Below, in pieces: positions 1 through 47,200 of a stretch of DNA of 64,000 nucleotides. The position numbers were made by a program, and so were the translations under genes. The stretch comes from Lingula anatina (taxonomy: Eukaryota > Animalia > Brachiopoda). The notes under the pieces were generated by a model. That model was not told the origin of the DNA. It saw nothing but the letters and a program-made list of their open reading frames with translations, and ran no database searches. Each line of letters starts with the position of its first letter. Position 1 is the stretch's first letter. The DNA is taken from NCBI GenBank assembly GCA_051362555.1, contig CM120642.1:12400001-12464000 (forward strand), in the 5' to 3' direction.

Positions 1-32616
<32,616 letters not shown>

Positions 32617-35600
32617 CACCCCTCAGTGTCATTTTGACAGTCTCTGGACGCGCTGGACCTCCATTTGGACCCCTGAGAAGAATAGCAGTACTGTAACCTC
32701 AGCTGTCTGTACAGGGTAATATGTCTATTGGCCCACAATCAACCTGAAATAATAAGATGCACAATTCAGGGTAATGAATCATCACCTACTTCTCCTGGTC
32801 TATCAGCCAGACTACAAATCCCTTGCAGATTCTCAAACAAACTGGATATCCCAGCTCTTTTTAATGGCTTCACATCCCAGTAGCCGAGGACTTGTTTTGA
32901 ACTGGAAATCGCACAAAGTTCAACACCAGATGACCAAACCTGATTGACCATCAATTTACTGACTTGTCTCTTTTTATCTGGGTATCTGCTTTTATCTGAT
33001 CATCTGCTGGAAAACAAGCCCAATATTTCCAAGTCTTCCTCTGAACATAACTGTTTTTTTCCCGTTCCTTGCTATAATCTTAAACCTGTATAACCCCCTT
33101 CAGTCATGAGGTTCAACTGACTAATTCTGGTCAATTTTATCCTTATTACTGTCAGCAACAAGCAAAAACAACTTCTTATATTAACCCTGTGTAGTGGGTT
33201 TGTTGTCTGCTAACCTGGGAAATATTAAGTGAAGATTTGCCAGTAGACACGAGAGCAGCACAAGTGAGCACAGTAATCCAGTGGGGCTTTCTACGATCAA
33301 TATGCCTGACAAATCCCATTTTCAAAAAAATAAGTTTTAAAAACAATTTCTGAACTGCATGTAAGACACAGTGGACCTATGTTTTGATTGTATTCTACAA
33401 ATCTTAGGCCTGGCTTTGTGTGGTGGTTAGGGTTGACGCTATCAAAACAGCACTGAGTCGGCCATCTCTACGGGCTAGGAAAGTTTCCGCGTCCGCTTTT
33501 CCTACCAATCCTCTTCTCAGGGTCAAAAGATGATGTAATTTGCTGTACAACTTATTTCGTATCCTGTTCCAGATATCTGTAAAAAATTAGGACTTGGGTT
33601 TTGGAGGCGTGTTAGTATGTAAACAGGTGTACTGGTCAATTATGAAGTCGGGTTCCAGTCAGAGGAAAAGACTGTAGTTCACCAACCTAAAATCTGAGAC
33701 CAAAAATGGATTGTATCCCTTTGAGAATGCAGTAGACAGTCTGGGGATGCATTCCGTGCAGTTTTAGCTTTTTAATAATTTTCAAAAAGTAGATGTTTGA
33801 TAACAAACATGTACTAGGTAATCTCCACATTTTTATAACCAAACATAAGCCTAAATGTGAGGTTCAAGTATACATGAGAAGTTATAAATTCTCAAATCAG
33901 GATTGTTGGATCCAGCATATATAGACTTTCTAAGGATGTTAAGGCAGCAAATGAGGAGGTCCTGATCTGCAATATATGATTGAGGTATAATATGAGTTAA
34001 AAGATGACCAAACTCTGTCTTCAGTCACCAAACACTGCATAAATAATTGGGTTAATTATCTGTGATCTTTTATAGGCTAAAAACCTACTGCTGGATTAAA
34101 CGATTTATCTGAATCAAAATTAAATGAGTAATGAGGCATGTTCTAGATTACCTAGATCATGTGTCTGTCTTACAGGCACAGTTAATTACTGTATATCGAT
34201 ATGTAATTAGTTTCCCCACAAAAGATGCCACCACATTGCAGAGCTTTTTTGTTGTTGTTGTTGTTGTCAATATGCCACCACACTGCAGGGCTTTTTTTAT
34301 TTTTCGGAAACATATTGGCAAGAATTTCTGCAAAACTTGAACTAGTGAAAATAGCAAATATAGTCTGTCTGTAACTCCTTATTCATTAACCATAAACTTA
34401 TTAATCAGTCTACCTGTGTGCCACTGACTGATTATAAATGTCATTTCATTACCTGATTTATTTTTCTCAAGATAACTTTTCATAAAGGCCAAATTGTTAT
34501 CTACAATTAAGAGGCATATTTTGGGGAAATGCCTGGCCCAAATAATGGCTAATTTGAAAACCTCCTTCATAAAAAGTTGAAACGAGCTCCTCCATAGAAA
34601 GTTCAAGCAAATTATCCGGTTCATTCCAGGAAATTGCAGCTGTTTCTGTGCTTTTGAGTGGATTCTGATTAAAAGATATGAGCTCAAAATTATATTGCTA
34701 CGAAGGAAATAATCCCTTCAAAGCAATGAACTATACTAGCTTTGATAACTTGTCCTTGAAAATAATGAGTATCTGGGTCTTGTTCCAGCACTGCAAAACA
34801 GGCTGCTGTTTGCCTTGATGTACAATTACAAAAGAAAAAAAAAGGCAATGAGATAAAATCAGTTACATAACGATTCTGTGAATCTGCTTTTTTCACCCCC
34901 TTCCCACACAATTTTTCCCCTTTTAACAGGAAAACTGGTGGAACTAACTGATAACCAAAGTACAAACCTGTTTTTTTTATTGCTTTCCGAGATGAACATG
35001 GATAAGTAGACTCAGATTTGTGCAAAAAGAAGAAATATTTAGTATATATGCTGATCTTCATAAGCAAGTCTGTCAAAACACTACAACAGCTGATGTGCAA
35101 AAAGCATTGGTGAGACTGAAAAGTCGATGTTTGACACTCTTTAAAGATCACTTTCTTGAGAAACTAGTCTCTCTCTAGGGATACACAGAAAACATGTGCA
35201 CCAGTTAGAGATTTACCATCCATATTAGTTTCATGTGGTGATATATGTGTCCATATACTTATTATTATGTCCACTGCCCCCCCCCCCCCCAAACACCTCT
35301 GGGCCCTCTCATCTCACAAACACAAATCATGAGGAATCATGCATGTGGGCAAGTTTATTGGTAAATAAGCTGATGTAAGGAGTCCATCGATCATGGCATA
35401 AACACAAATAAATAAATTGGTTGGCAAATAATGAAGCCCCACAAGCGGGTTATAGTTGCAGTGGGCTGTCACTTTGGATACCTTGCCAACTGTGCAGTGA
35501 CTTAAGACCATATATCATAATGATTGGAAACTGAATACCCGATATCACCTAGTGGAACGCCTTTATTCTCAGCAATCTTCCCCAGCGATGTGCAGCCATT

Positions 35601-38150
35601 TAACAACTCCAAACCACACAGTCATCTGACTCTAAAGATTCACTTTTCTTTTTTCTTCTCTCAACAGAGTCTACAGAAGGATGGCAGGAAATGATTAACA
35701 CTTTCCAGGAAATTTCCATTCCTTTGGTTCCTGTCACACTATTGATTTGGTCTTTGGTTTCATGCCCTACCCCAACTGCTTGCCTGACAGTATTATCAGC
35801 TGTGAACAGCCTTCAGGCGTGCTACACAGAGTAACAGACCTTGGGGGCTTATTACCAGAGTGAAATACTCCAAGAAATAGATTTTGATGACATTTTTGAT
35901 GCCCTGCCCCCTTCTTGTCCATTGTCCATATCAGTTTATTATTTTTTTATTTAAAATACTGTATCAACTTGCATTTTGGATTTTTTTAAAAATCTATTTG
36001 GTCCCAAAAAATTCTTAAAATTTATTGTCAGTGTCTTTGGTCTTATATTCTTATCAAAATGTAATGTCTCATTCATTAAGTCAAACAAAATCAGAAAAAA
36101 TATATTGATCATCATTTATCCCATTTCAGGTAAAGGAACGCTTCAACTATGTTCTCCCACTATACAAAACACACAAAGTGCCCAAGTTATGTTCAGGTTC
36201 CTGCATTTGCCAATATTATATTTGAAGTATGTTTTAACATTTTAAACAAATTCTTACAGTTAAGATGAAGAAAGATTAAGAGTGAAGAAAAAGGAAAGCT
36301 CCTTGAATCAGTACATAAACTGAGCATTATTTTCTACCTCAAGGTCTTTTCATCTGATTTATAATATTTTTGTTAATAGATATGCTAAATCATGTTTGCT
36401 TTTTAACCACTTAAAGTTAATACTTAATCCTAACGTGAGCTACAATGGTGAAAATAGAGGGTGAGATTAAAGTCCTCACCATACTTCAGACATAAATTTC
36501 TCTTTTGAATAAAATTTGTGAGCTGTTGACATGTTCAGAGTGAAAAATTATTGTGGATTTAAACGAGTCTGTGCATGGCCTTAAAGGAGCCCTAAGATTT
36601 CGTAACCTGCACAAACAGTTTAAACAAGTGCAATCCTTCAATTTTATGAAACATTGGTCTTAATCTAGCAGCCCTGATTAGACAATCCTGTGGAAAATGT
36701 CAGCCATTTCTGTTAAAAGGTTACACATTCTGTTCCTTCTGACAGGGTTAAGTGAGGCAAAATAGCAGGTCAGTTTGTCCTCGGCAAGGACAGACCATCT
36801 GCTAGATACAGTCAAACACTTTGTTTTAGCTTTAGCCAGTGTTAAACTAATTTTCCACCAAATCAGCAACAAATTGGCCCCCTAAAAATTCAAACACTTT
36901 CCACTTCTACAGTAATATCAAATCACTTCAAGCATTTCTCAGCAATTCAGTACCAATTCTGCAAAAAAAATTTCAACTCGGCTGAAACTACAATAAGGTA
37001 GCATGACCCTGGATATATTAATTAATAATTTAATAAATGATTAGCCAGTTCATCTCTGATAAGCCAAATGAAATGCCTATCATCTTTTATTTATTTTCAT
37101 TTCATTTACCTCATCTTTCAGTCCAAGGGCTCATCAGAATAGAATAGAATAGAATATAACATAGCAAAGAAAAAATTAAAATCTGCTAGCTTGATGAGTT
37201 TGCAAGAATAAATGGAAAACAACAGAACCAATCTCAAACCATGGAAAGGCTAAGCAAAACTGACTAACTGGTTCATGGCAAGACTGACCCTTTTGTTGAG
37301 AATTCACATTTCTTTTTTTTTTTTTTTTTCTTTTTATGGAAAAAATAACAAACCCTTTCAATTAGCTGCTATGCCCATTAAACATCATCACGCTTCAAAA
37401 AATCAAAAACAAGAATAATTTCTATTCACCAACCTTGTTACAAGAGTTGCTACACGTTAACTAACTTATCAATTTTGCCTGGCCTGATCTGGAGAATTCA
37501 ACCCGGTTGGCATCAACACCTTATTAACACCTTGGCATAGTAGTAACACACAACAGCACACTTGTACTCTTTAACAACTACAAGTCTAAACTGCAAAGCT
37601 AATTACGACTTATTAGGGGGGCATAATAATACACTGCAATTACATTTCTTCAATCTCAAATTTCATGCAAGCCAGAGCACAGCTTCTGGTGTTATCTACT
37701 AATATATACACTTGAAATAGAGCTGCCTTTAAAAACACAAGATTAATTAAGAAGACTTAGTGGAGAAAAGATAAGGAAAAACAACCAACTCCCTATGACA
37801 TAATAGGATTTATTACAATAATCTGAAGACAGGTAAATCTGTTTAAATTATACACACATAGCAATTAGTGTGTATTTGTAGCAGTGTTGGGATGAAAAGT
37901 CAGTGACCTGCAAATGAAAATTATGCTTATAACTGCTTTAATTCAACTAAAAAATAAATTCATACCACCTTCAGACTTCCACATTCCAAAGGGACCTCCA
38001 CAACACCTCTAAGCAAATTAAAGCATGCTGACAGATCTGATTTACCTGGAATTATTTAGTTAGTCTGTGTTATTTCTAATTAAATCTACTTATAAACAAA
38101 GCAATCTAGTCACCTGTGAAAACATGTAAACAATATATATTTTCTACTTG

Positions 38151-38156
<6 letters not shown>

Positions 38157-38200
<44 letters not shown>
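38157..38200. repeat. (AC)n microsatellite
   Basis: Perfect run of about 22 units. Confidence 0.95.
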
Positions 38201-38203
<3 letters not shown>

Positions 38204-38438
38204 TGCACACACATACACACACTGACTGAGTCCCTGCCTAATAACTACTAGTATACAAAACCGTTAAAGACTGAAGTTTCTCCATTTGTGGCACTGATAA
38301 TGAATTAGAAACAATGAATTAGAAACAAAAACATTTCAGCAAACCATAAATACAACAGTAAATACAAGAAAGTAAATACAGAAAATTAGTCATAAGCTGG
38401 TCGACTCAAAAGCCAAAGCTCAGATATTTTATATGTGT

Positions 38439-38696
38439 AAGACAGTTCCCATACCTAGATTGAACTAACAGGATCAGTCCATCTCCGAGGGGTTTCTCGC
38501 TAAATTGCTTTCAGCTTAAGCAACTTAGATGTTTGGCAGGCCTACTAAAGCAGATAAACAATAGCTAATTACTCCCTATCAGCTTCAGTGGGCATGACAG
38601 ACATCTACGCTGCTTAAGTTGATTGCAATTTAGTGAGAATCCCCTAGGAGATAGATCAATCCAAAGCTAGTACAAAAGGGTCTGGGAATGGTCCCT
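38439..38696. mobile_element. Palindromic MITE, copy B
   Basis: Shares GTTCCCAT.CCTAGAT, CTAAATTGCT, GCAATTTAGTGAGA and TGGGAATGGTCCCT with 24210-24460. Confidence 0.7.
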
Positions 38697-39834
38697 AATA
38701 CTTCTGCTGTTCCTGGTACCACCAGTTTTGCAAGATCTCATTCAACCTTGGCACATGTATTATGAGTACCAGTATCACAAACAGAAAACAAACCGAGATC
38801 TTTGTCTTACCAATCTAATCAATAAGAAACTGATGCAATGGAGAAAAGTTTTGTAAAAATACCGACAAGTCACACATATAACATATCTGCTAGCTTTTGC
38901 CACAAAATCTTCTGTGTTACAACTACACTGGTAAATGTACCATATTGCTAACAGAAAACAAACCTGTATCTTCCTCACAATAACACTGGAACAATTAGCC
39001 AGTTTGCGGATTATAGATTTTTCAAGGCACAATGCATCAGTCATGTATTCTGTTACTTTATATCTTGGCTTTATGTGAATTGTCACAAGCAGAAAACAGG
39101 TCTTTCTTCTAAGCAAATCTTTGTCTCCATCTGTAGGAAAAAAGAACAAGTCGCTGTCACATCCTATGTATTATCTGTACAGTTTAAGTTTACAACACGA
39201 TGTTACACCTGTGCCAGACAATGACAAACTTTCAACCTGGCAAAAATGCAATATCACCAACAGAAAGCATACCAGTGTCATCTGCAAGTTCAAAACAATT
39301 TGTCATCCACATGAAAAACAATTGCAGCAACAACATTCGGTAAATTACCAAGACAGCACATACTTTATCGCTCTAACTTTGCATAGACCTGACCTTACGT
39401 TTCATAAAGCCCCAATATAGCTCTAAAAGTACATTATGGCTAACAATGATTTGTTACGACAATAACGGATGATCCTGCCATGTCTACTATACCAGTAATG
39501 AGACAAAAAACAGACGTAATAAAATCAAACAGAACAGCCAACCACTTTGTCATGTTGTTAATATGATGTAACAGTAATTCAATTTGGTAACAGTCTCAGC
39601 TAGATGCATTTATACCCTGATGCAGCCTGTGTTATGTATCCTACTGTAATAAGACAATAAATGCTCCCAAAGGAGAAAAAAAGAGCACCCAGTGCAATGC
39701 CAACTTGATAAAATGATGTGAAGTACAGTCATTAAATACGGGTATAACCCGAGCTGGAAGTTTTTATATTAGAGAATTACTTCCTTGTACATAACACTCA
39801 ATTTCCTAGAGACATGTGACTGCTGTGTATGTGC

Positions 39835-39837
<3 letters not shown>

Positions 39838-39889
<52 letters not shown>
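39838..39889. repeat. (TG)n microsatellite followed by a G-run
   Basis: About 26 units, then AGGGGGGGGG. Confidence 0.95.
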
Positions 39890-39892
<3 letters not shown>

Positions 39893-42110
39893 GGGGGGGC
39901 TTAGTGGCCAGCAACATACATAATTCCCTTTTCTCTCCACACTCCCTACCAACACTTTCTCTTCCCTGGGTGGACCAAATGTGCTATCAGCATGATAAAA
40001 GCATAACTACTTAGGTCTGTAACCAGCAATTTCAAATGGAGAGTTTTTTTTCTAAAAACAAAGTCACTGAAAAGTAACCTTTTTACAATGAAACCTTCCT
40101 GTACATCTAGATCAAACTTTACCCAGAGCAGACCTCTCCACCCCCCACCCCCCAAGCAAAACCACACAAACCCTCACTATGGGCCTGCTATTCCACCCTT
40201 AACACCTACTTAATAGCCTGGCATCAAACAGACTGCCCCTAGGACCACCTGAGGAGATACCACTAAAGATATCAAAACTGATGATGACAGGTAGTCAGTT
40301 AATGATATCCAGTAATGTGGTCCATCTCATGACGTCCATTAGCTAGACTGCCCATATTTACTATATCCAGAAGATTGTGTGGCTATCTTATCATGTCCAG
40401 TAGCTAGACTGAGTGTTCAGTCTGATGATGTCCAGCAGCTAGTTAATGAGCAACAATCATCTATTATGGCAGCAATGTGTTAGCTCATTACCTATGTCTC
40501 ATATTCACATCAGCTGCCACTCAGTGCCTCAAACAAGGGCCAGTTCAACACACCCGCTAGCTAGGAAGAGAGTTGGGATCACATAGGGGAGTATTCTGTA
40601 GTGTGACACAAAAAATTATCAATTATGACAAGAAAATTAAATGTTGGTGTAAGAGGCATTTGAAATTTATGAGCAATAAGCAATAATCAGTTTTTTAAAA
40701 CATCTCTTTTGTCAACAAACAGTGATGAAATACTTAACCATATAGTCAAGTAATAAAAACCTCCAGGGCAAATTCTATTCATGCTCACAGTGCAATCCTC
40801 CTCCTCCTACCTGTATAATCTTAATGCAAGACATACATGGGTCAACGGGGTAAAGTCATAATTTTTTCAGAAGTCACACAAACATTTAAAAACAGTCTCA
40901 TGAATATGCTGAATAAAAAAAGGAGTTTCTCCTGCTTAGAGATGATAAATGAAGGCACCTTGTTTCAACTTGTTGACTGAATTAATAGAGTCCCACAGCA
41001 CCTGTGTCTCGCATCATGCCGCTAAATTTCAAGTCCCCAGTGATTCTGGTTAGAAACAAAATCTTCAGTCCATTAACTCAGAGAAGGAAGACTGTTATGA
41101 ATGTGTGCCTTATGGCTGAGTTAACCATGCTAGTCTTAATTATGTCCAAAACTGAAGGCAGACAGGGAGATATGATTAAGCCAGAGAATGGTTCAGAGTC
41201 AAATCAAGGCTAAGTGCGTAGTTCATCAAAAGCCAAGTACATAAAAAGTCAAGTACTTTCCACTTGGCTAGGTATAGTTCAAAGGCAGCACTTGTAATCT
41301 CCCTATTTATACTCAGTTCATGGTGATAAGTATCAACATCATTTGTCATTTTCTTGGCTTTGCACCAATTTGTGAAATTCCTAGAATCCTAAATCCCTTA
41401 AGTAATACAGGGGTTTTCTGGGGATCTTGGGTTTCTTGTTTTGCCTTTAATCTTTTTGTTTTCTTTACATGGAATATACCTGTAGACGTCACATGCCATC
41501 TAAAAAATTAGAGTAATATTCACACTCTAAAAGACATTTCAACCCATTCTATCAAAATGACAAATATAAATATCTGTTTAAAATAAGCCTTTTTATGTGA
41601 AATTAAAATGCAAAGTAATGCACATCACCATTCACTGAAATGAAAAGGTATTTTCAAATGGAAAGTGCAAAAAATTGTCAAGAACTTCTAGGCAAATGGT
41701 CAATTGCATTTCATTGCTCTAAAATATCATGTACTGCCTCTTTACGAATTTTGAAAGCAGTAAGTTCACTAACATACTTGTAAGCATGAAATAGCTGTCC
41801 ATAAAGTCCACCACTTGCTGTTCATGGCATGCAACTCAGCAGTTTCAGTCCAGTCAGTGCAAAACTTAATACATTTTAAATGGGGAATTTCTCTTTATTG
41901 CATTATGTTCTTAGGAACTCCCTTACAAAGTGTAATACATAAAGGAGTCCCATTTAGTATTACTCATGTTCCTCTTGTTTTAATTCATTTAATATTGGCT
42001 TTTTAAGTGATTCCATTGAATTACTCAGGCTAGATTCACTTTTTTTAAGTGGGGTTTTCTCCAACTCCTAAAATGGCTTAATTATTTGATCACTAATTCA
42101 TCATGACATT

Positions 42111-42472
42111 AACAAGAAGACCGATGAGCTTTTGCAGCACAGACCTTTTGCTGATTAGATGGTCGATTAATGCTACAGAAACACAAGCACCAGATCATAA
42201 AAATATTAATTAGAACATAAAAATGTGATGTCAATTTTGCAAGTATAGCAGTGATCCAACTTAAATTTTAATTTTTTGTTGTTAATTAACGGATCATCAC
42301 CAATTTCGGATCACCTTTAAGTTGCCCCATTTCTGATTTATACTGAAAATTTTATGAAAATCCACCTATTACTTTTTTAGTTAAGCTGGTGACTAATATA
42401 CTAGTAACAAACAGAGAGAACGACAGATGGACAAAGAGAGGTGAAAACATAACCTCCTTGGCAGAGCTAATA

Positions 42473-42473
<1 letters not shown>
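42111..42473 (-). mobile_element. Degraded Helentron-associated (HINE-like) element
   Basis: AACAAG at one end; degenerate ACAG microsatellite followed by GAAAACATAACCTCCTTGGCAGAGCTAATAA (decayed terminal hairpin) at the other; recognised from general architecture only. Confidence 0.45.
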
Positions 42474-42512
<39 letters not shown>

Positions 42513-43787
42513 CTACTTCTATGACTTATTTGCAGAAAATGAGCAATATTGGTATGAAACAATGACTTTGCTAGAATGAACCCAGCTGGCTTCCTACCAA
42601 CTGTGTTGGCACTATGAAGAGAGATCACTAGATGACCTCTGCTATACATGACATCTTATGTAATCTTGAACTATTCACTTTATTAAGAACTCCTTATAAT
42701 CGCTGTACTTTTTCGTGCGTGTGTATTGGATCAAATAAAATACTTTTTTAACTGCATTTTTAAAAGTATATATATACAAGGGGTAACATTTTGCATTCAA
42801 ATTGTCACAAAAAAAGTACAAATGAACTTGTTAGCATTTCAGTACTAGTAAACAACTGTTCAATAATGCAATCTAATATATTCCAGGATGCAGTCTACAC
42901 ATCCATGTTTATGAAATCAGGTATATTTAATAGAAGTTAAGGACCATATTTACGTAAAATTGATAAGAACAAATTGGCATTACATGCTGATCCAGGACTC
43001 GGATAACTGAACTAAACAAAAATCAATTCCAGACAATAACTCTCCTGTGATATTTTCATTGAATTTCTCTGACTTCAAACTTAATTTGATTCACTTGCTA
43101 TTCCCTTTAAATGGATGTGAGTGACTGGCCCATTGGTAGCTATTTCACAACAGCAGTTTTGAATACCTTCAACCATTCACTATACAGCTCTACAAACAAC
43201 ATCTACAAACATGAAAACCTTTCCAACATAAGTCAAGCACCACTGAAAACATGGCATAAATTGCTTTTATCCCACTGACCACCTTCCTCTTGAGGAGCAC
43301 TTATGCAAGAAATAAAGTCAAGTGGACAATTACGTATCTTAGCCAGAGTAGGAATCCACTGGATGAACCAAGTTTGTGAAGACCAAGAGCCAGATTCACA
43401 AAAATCAAAATGATTCTAAAGTTTATCTTAACTTAAAGGTAGAAAAATTCCGAGTCTAACTTGACCAAGGATTAACTAGTGGCTCCTACCCTCCAAAATG
43501 ATATATACTTTATGCCAGTTTCAAAACGGTAACAAATGGATAATGTTTTAGAGAGGCATTCACTACATTTAAATGCACTTTTACACATTCATCTTATTTC
43601 AAAGTGCTGAAAGTAGTCAAGTTTTTGGAATTTAACCTAAGGCCAACATTTGACCTAACATCTAAGGTGAAAATCACTCGTCTTCTTCATGTCCTTAAGT
43701 GAGACATAACACCTCTTTTCATCCCATTCATTTAGGTAAATAAAAATTAGTGGAAACCAACATTATGTGTGGAGATGTGACCAATGG

Positions 43788-43957
43788 CAAAGGGCGGATT
43801 CAGAGATATTTTCTGACAGTCTTCCAAATTATCTTTGTTGATCCATCCACCATTTTTGACCGTCTTCCAACAGAAAAAAATTAGATACCCGTCAATGTAG
43901 ACTTGAAAATCTGACCGTCTTCCGGAAGACCCAGAAGACGGCCTAAATCCGCCCCTG
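43788..43957. mobile_element. Short MITE with CAGGGGCGGAT-type TIRs (hAT-like)
   Basis: CAAAGGGCGGATTCAG...CTAAATCCGCCCCTG; three internal TGACMGTCTTCC motifs; TSD not clean. Confidence 0.55.
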
Positions 43958-44185
43958 AATGATGATACTTTTAGAAACCAGGACATTTATACCACAATGG
44001 ACCAACTCCGAATGGGTTGACACTAAAAGGCTACAACACTCATTTAAACTTGTTAATGTACCTGAAATACAATGGGGTTATATGGCCATGTCATTAAGCA
44101 AGGTCTAATTTTTGTTTTAAAATTGTCCTAACTTGTGCAGACTTTTCAGTTGACAAATCGTGGCTGGCTTTAAATCAGAAACTCA

Positions 44186-44186
<1 letters not shown>

Positions 44187-44234
<48 letters not shown>
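44187..44234. repeat. (CA)n microsatellite
   Basis: Perfect run of about 24 units. Confidence 0.95.
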
Positions 44235-44238
<4 letters not shown>

Positions 44239-47200
44239 CAGACAATCTTTGGATATCTGTACACTGTAATGTTTTCCCTCATGGCAAGATTTGGCACTGT
44301 TTGGAGATTTAGTTGCTCAATAACCATACAAATGATATTACAGAACGTCCTTTGTATCATTTAACTGGTATATATTTCTTTTTGAGGACTGCTCTGGGAT
44401 TTTGCTAACCCATGAATAGACATGCTCTCTTGGCTTCTCATGCATTTTAAAATCAAATAAAGAATGCATTTGCCATATCTTCTATCTAAAATACCAATTT
44501 ATGCTTCAATAGAGTCATTTACATCTAAAAATAACCTTCACTAAAAACTCTTCCCCCCTGCACAACAAAATAAGGAAAAAAATTGCAGTCCTGCAATTAA
44601 GTAAACTGCCAAATACACAGTGTGAGGCCTAAAACTACCTACCTAAATGCGAGCATTAAATAATTTTTCAGATGACAAAATAACTGGATTTCAATGCTTT
44701 ACTTTACACCAAAATTACAAGGGAATACAACTTGCACATTCCACACTATCACCACCCCTTTTTTTAATGTTTAGAAAATGGGTTCTCCTGGTGCCCCAAG
44801 ATCTGCCAGTAATGCTAAGTTAATCAGTATTGATTCATCTCTATTTCAGATACCACAAAAAATCTATAACAATTTGGGATACTGCTACTTACGCCGCGTC
44901 CCACTGGACATGTAGATACATCATGCGTAAATTGAGTCAGAGAAGAAGATGCAGGCTCTACATGCAGAGGAGCTTATTCTTTGTGTGTTTTTCTGCCCAT
45001 CAATCACCAGTGTTTTTTCTTTATGATGAGATATAAATCTTTTTTACGTTATAATGTAATCAACATCAAACCGCATTATAAACCAGATGATACCAAAACT
45101 AAGAAGAATCATCTCTCTAGACATGTCAACTTACAATTATAAGACTCAAAACCTGTTGCAAAATGTATCATGGTTCATCTTCTGTATCTCAACATCAAAA
45201 GCCCAAAGCAAGCAATTAAAAATCTTCACTGTTTCATAAAAGAATTTAGGTTGAAAGTTGGTCTCAGTTCAGCCTACTATGAAATTTAGCCAACTAACTT
45301 GCACTTCACAAAGAATTTATAAAATGCACTTAATGCTGTCTTCTTTCAGTCAAAAAACTAATAATTGTGACTGTCTTGACCAGGACTTTTACTCAAAGTG
45401 GTGACAAAAGTCAATTAAGTACATCTATTGTGAACCTATCATTCATAAAACACTTTTAAGATCAATATCATAAAGATGACATTACACAGTAACCTGTGCA
45501 AGTTATGTAGTCTTAGCTAAGCCCAAAAACTTCCCCAGTTTCGTAAAACAAGCACTTGTGGATATCAAGCTATTACCCACGAGTGTGCAAGCTCATTCAG
45601 CTCTTCTTATGATATATACATTAGTAACACTATTAGAAACAAAGCTTTCCTGTCTGTGAGGTATATATCATTATTTTAACAATGTAAATCATGCAACCAC
45701 AATGAACTGCATACCTGTCAACATTCGGCAAATTGCCAGATAAGATTTTTCTCATGCAACCCCCCCCCCCCCCCCCCATTAATATTTCTCTCTAAACAAA
45801 TGCTTTGACCATATAAAAATACTGACTAATGCATTTATTACCTCTTGCACTTGCATTATTTTTAGTTCAAAATCATTACACACTTCAGTGTCCAATTGTA
45901 ATATTGTCATAAAATTCATCATTTAATTTAAAGCCAAGTCATGAATAAGTGCCATATTTTACTAGATATGAAACTAGATAATACATGTTTTGTTAAAATC
46001 AATTATTGTATCATGACTGACTAAAGCACTGACAATTACTAGTAGGTTGCAGCTGTAGAACAAGTTTTAAAACCAAACTTGGTGATGTCCAAAGACTCAT
46101 ACAACAAATCTCACCTGCTGAGTTAGGACCTGTTTGATGATCTGAAGGTGTCTCACTGTACTCGTAGGTCTTAATGTTCAGGTGCGCAATGGGCTAAGGT
46201 AATATGGGATTTGTCTCTGCTATAATATGGGATTTCTATCAATGAATGTGCAAAGTCACACGTGTACACTTTTATATACACACGGGAAAATCTCTATATT
46301 TGTATCATATACCTCACCCCTGTTTTCCTCTTTCAGTATCTTCTAAAAGCAAAGCACAAGTTGACACCATGAGTTCCTTGTTGACAAATATGGTGTGGCA
46401 CTTCTAGAAGACAAATATGACTACGGTGTCTTAGTAAGTCGTACAATGACAGACAGTCAGCCTTTGATATTACTCAACTTCAAACGCTATCACTTCATTA
46501 TGAAATAATGAATGGATAAACTAACATAAACACCTGTTTACATAAGCAATGGGATGACCCTATGCAGACATTACTCATACAGTTATCAGATAGATAAATT
46601 ATTAAAGAGTCCCCATTTAGGACAAGGATTAACTGGGACAGGTACAGCACTGTAATTCAGATAATTCATAACCATTAAGTTAATACATAGAAGCATGAGT
46701 GGACACAACAGAGAGAGATAAGAGGTCATCTGTTTACATTCACAAAGTGGTCCTATCACTGGGATTCTGTTTGCTTATTACATTCAAGTTGTTCCTGGTT
46801 TATCAGGTTGAGTGTCTGTGCATACATCTTAGTTTATTTATTAACTACTTGTCACCCATGGGCTTACCAGGTCAACTCAATGCCATTAATAGTGGCACAG
46901 AATACCTGTGTAGAATACATACATAGCTGCTGAGATTTAATGCTCAAGTTAAAATGACTTTATTTGTTAATAAGTCACTGTGCCTTTACACATAAATAAT
47001 TTTTTAGGCCAATAAGAAACTGTAGTTTTAAAATACCAGCATCTTTCAAACATCTACTGTTGTAACAAAAATATTTCCCATAACAGTCACCAATATGTTC
47101 CAGCATATTTACAGACCCCTCAGGAAGTATCCTGTTACTGTAGTATCTATTCAGTTTGCTGTACTCTATAGTGCCAAAGGTATTGCATTACTGTCCAGCT

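Noticed and set aside
33405-33530. Possible tRNA-derived SINE head
   Set aside because: Only a weak A-box-like match; no B-box, cloverleaf or second copy in the window.
34379-35151. Adjacent minus-strand ORFs of 102 and 153 aa
   Set aside because: No recognisable motifs or splice context; composition typical of random AT-rich intron.
40270-40450. TGATGA...CTGA motifs suggesting a C/D snoRNA
   Set aside because: Better explained as a degenerate minisatellite (TGTCCAGTAGCTAGACTG-like units); on the opposite strand to the host gene and with no terminal stem.
46318-46370. MVSTCALLLEDTERGKQG followed by GG|GTGAGG as a further phase-2 first exon
   Set aside because: Phase-compatible, but short, without homology or other support; plausible by chance.
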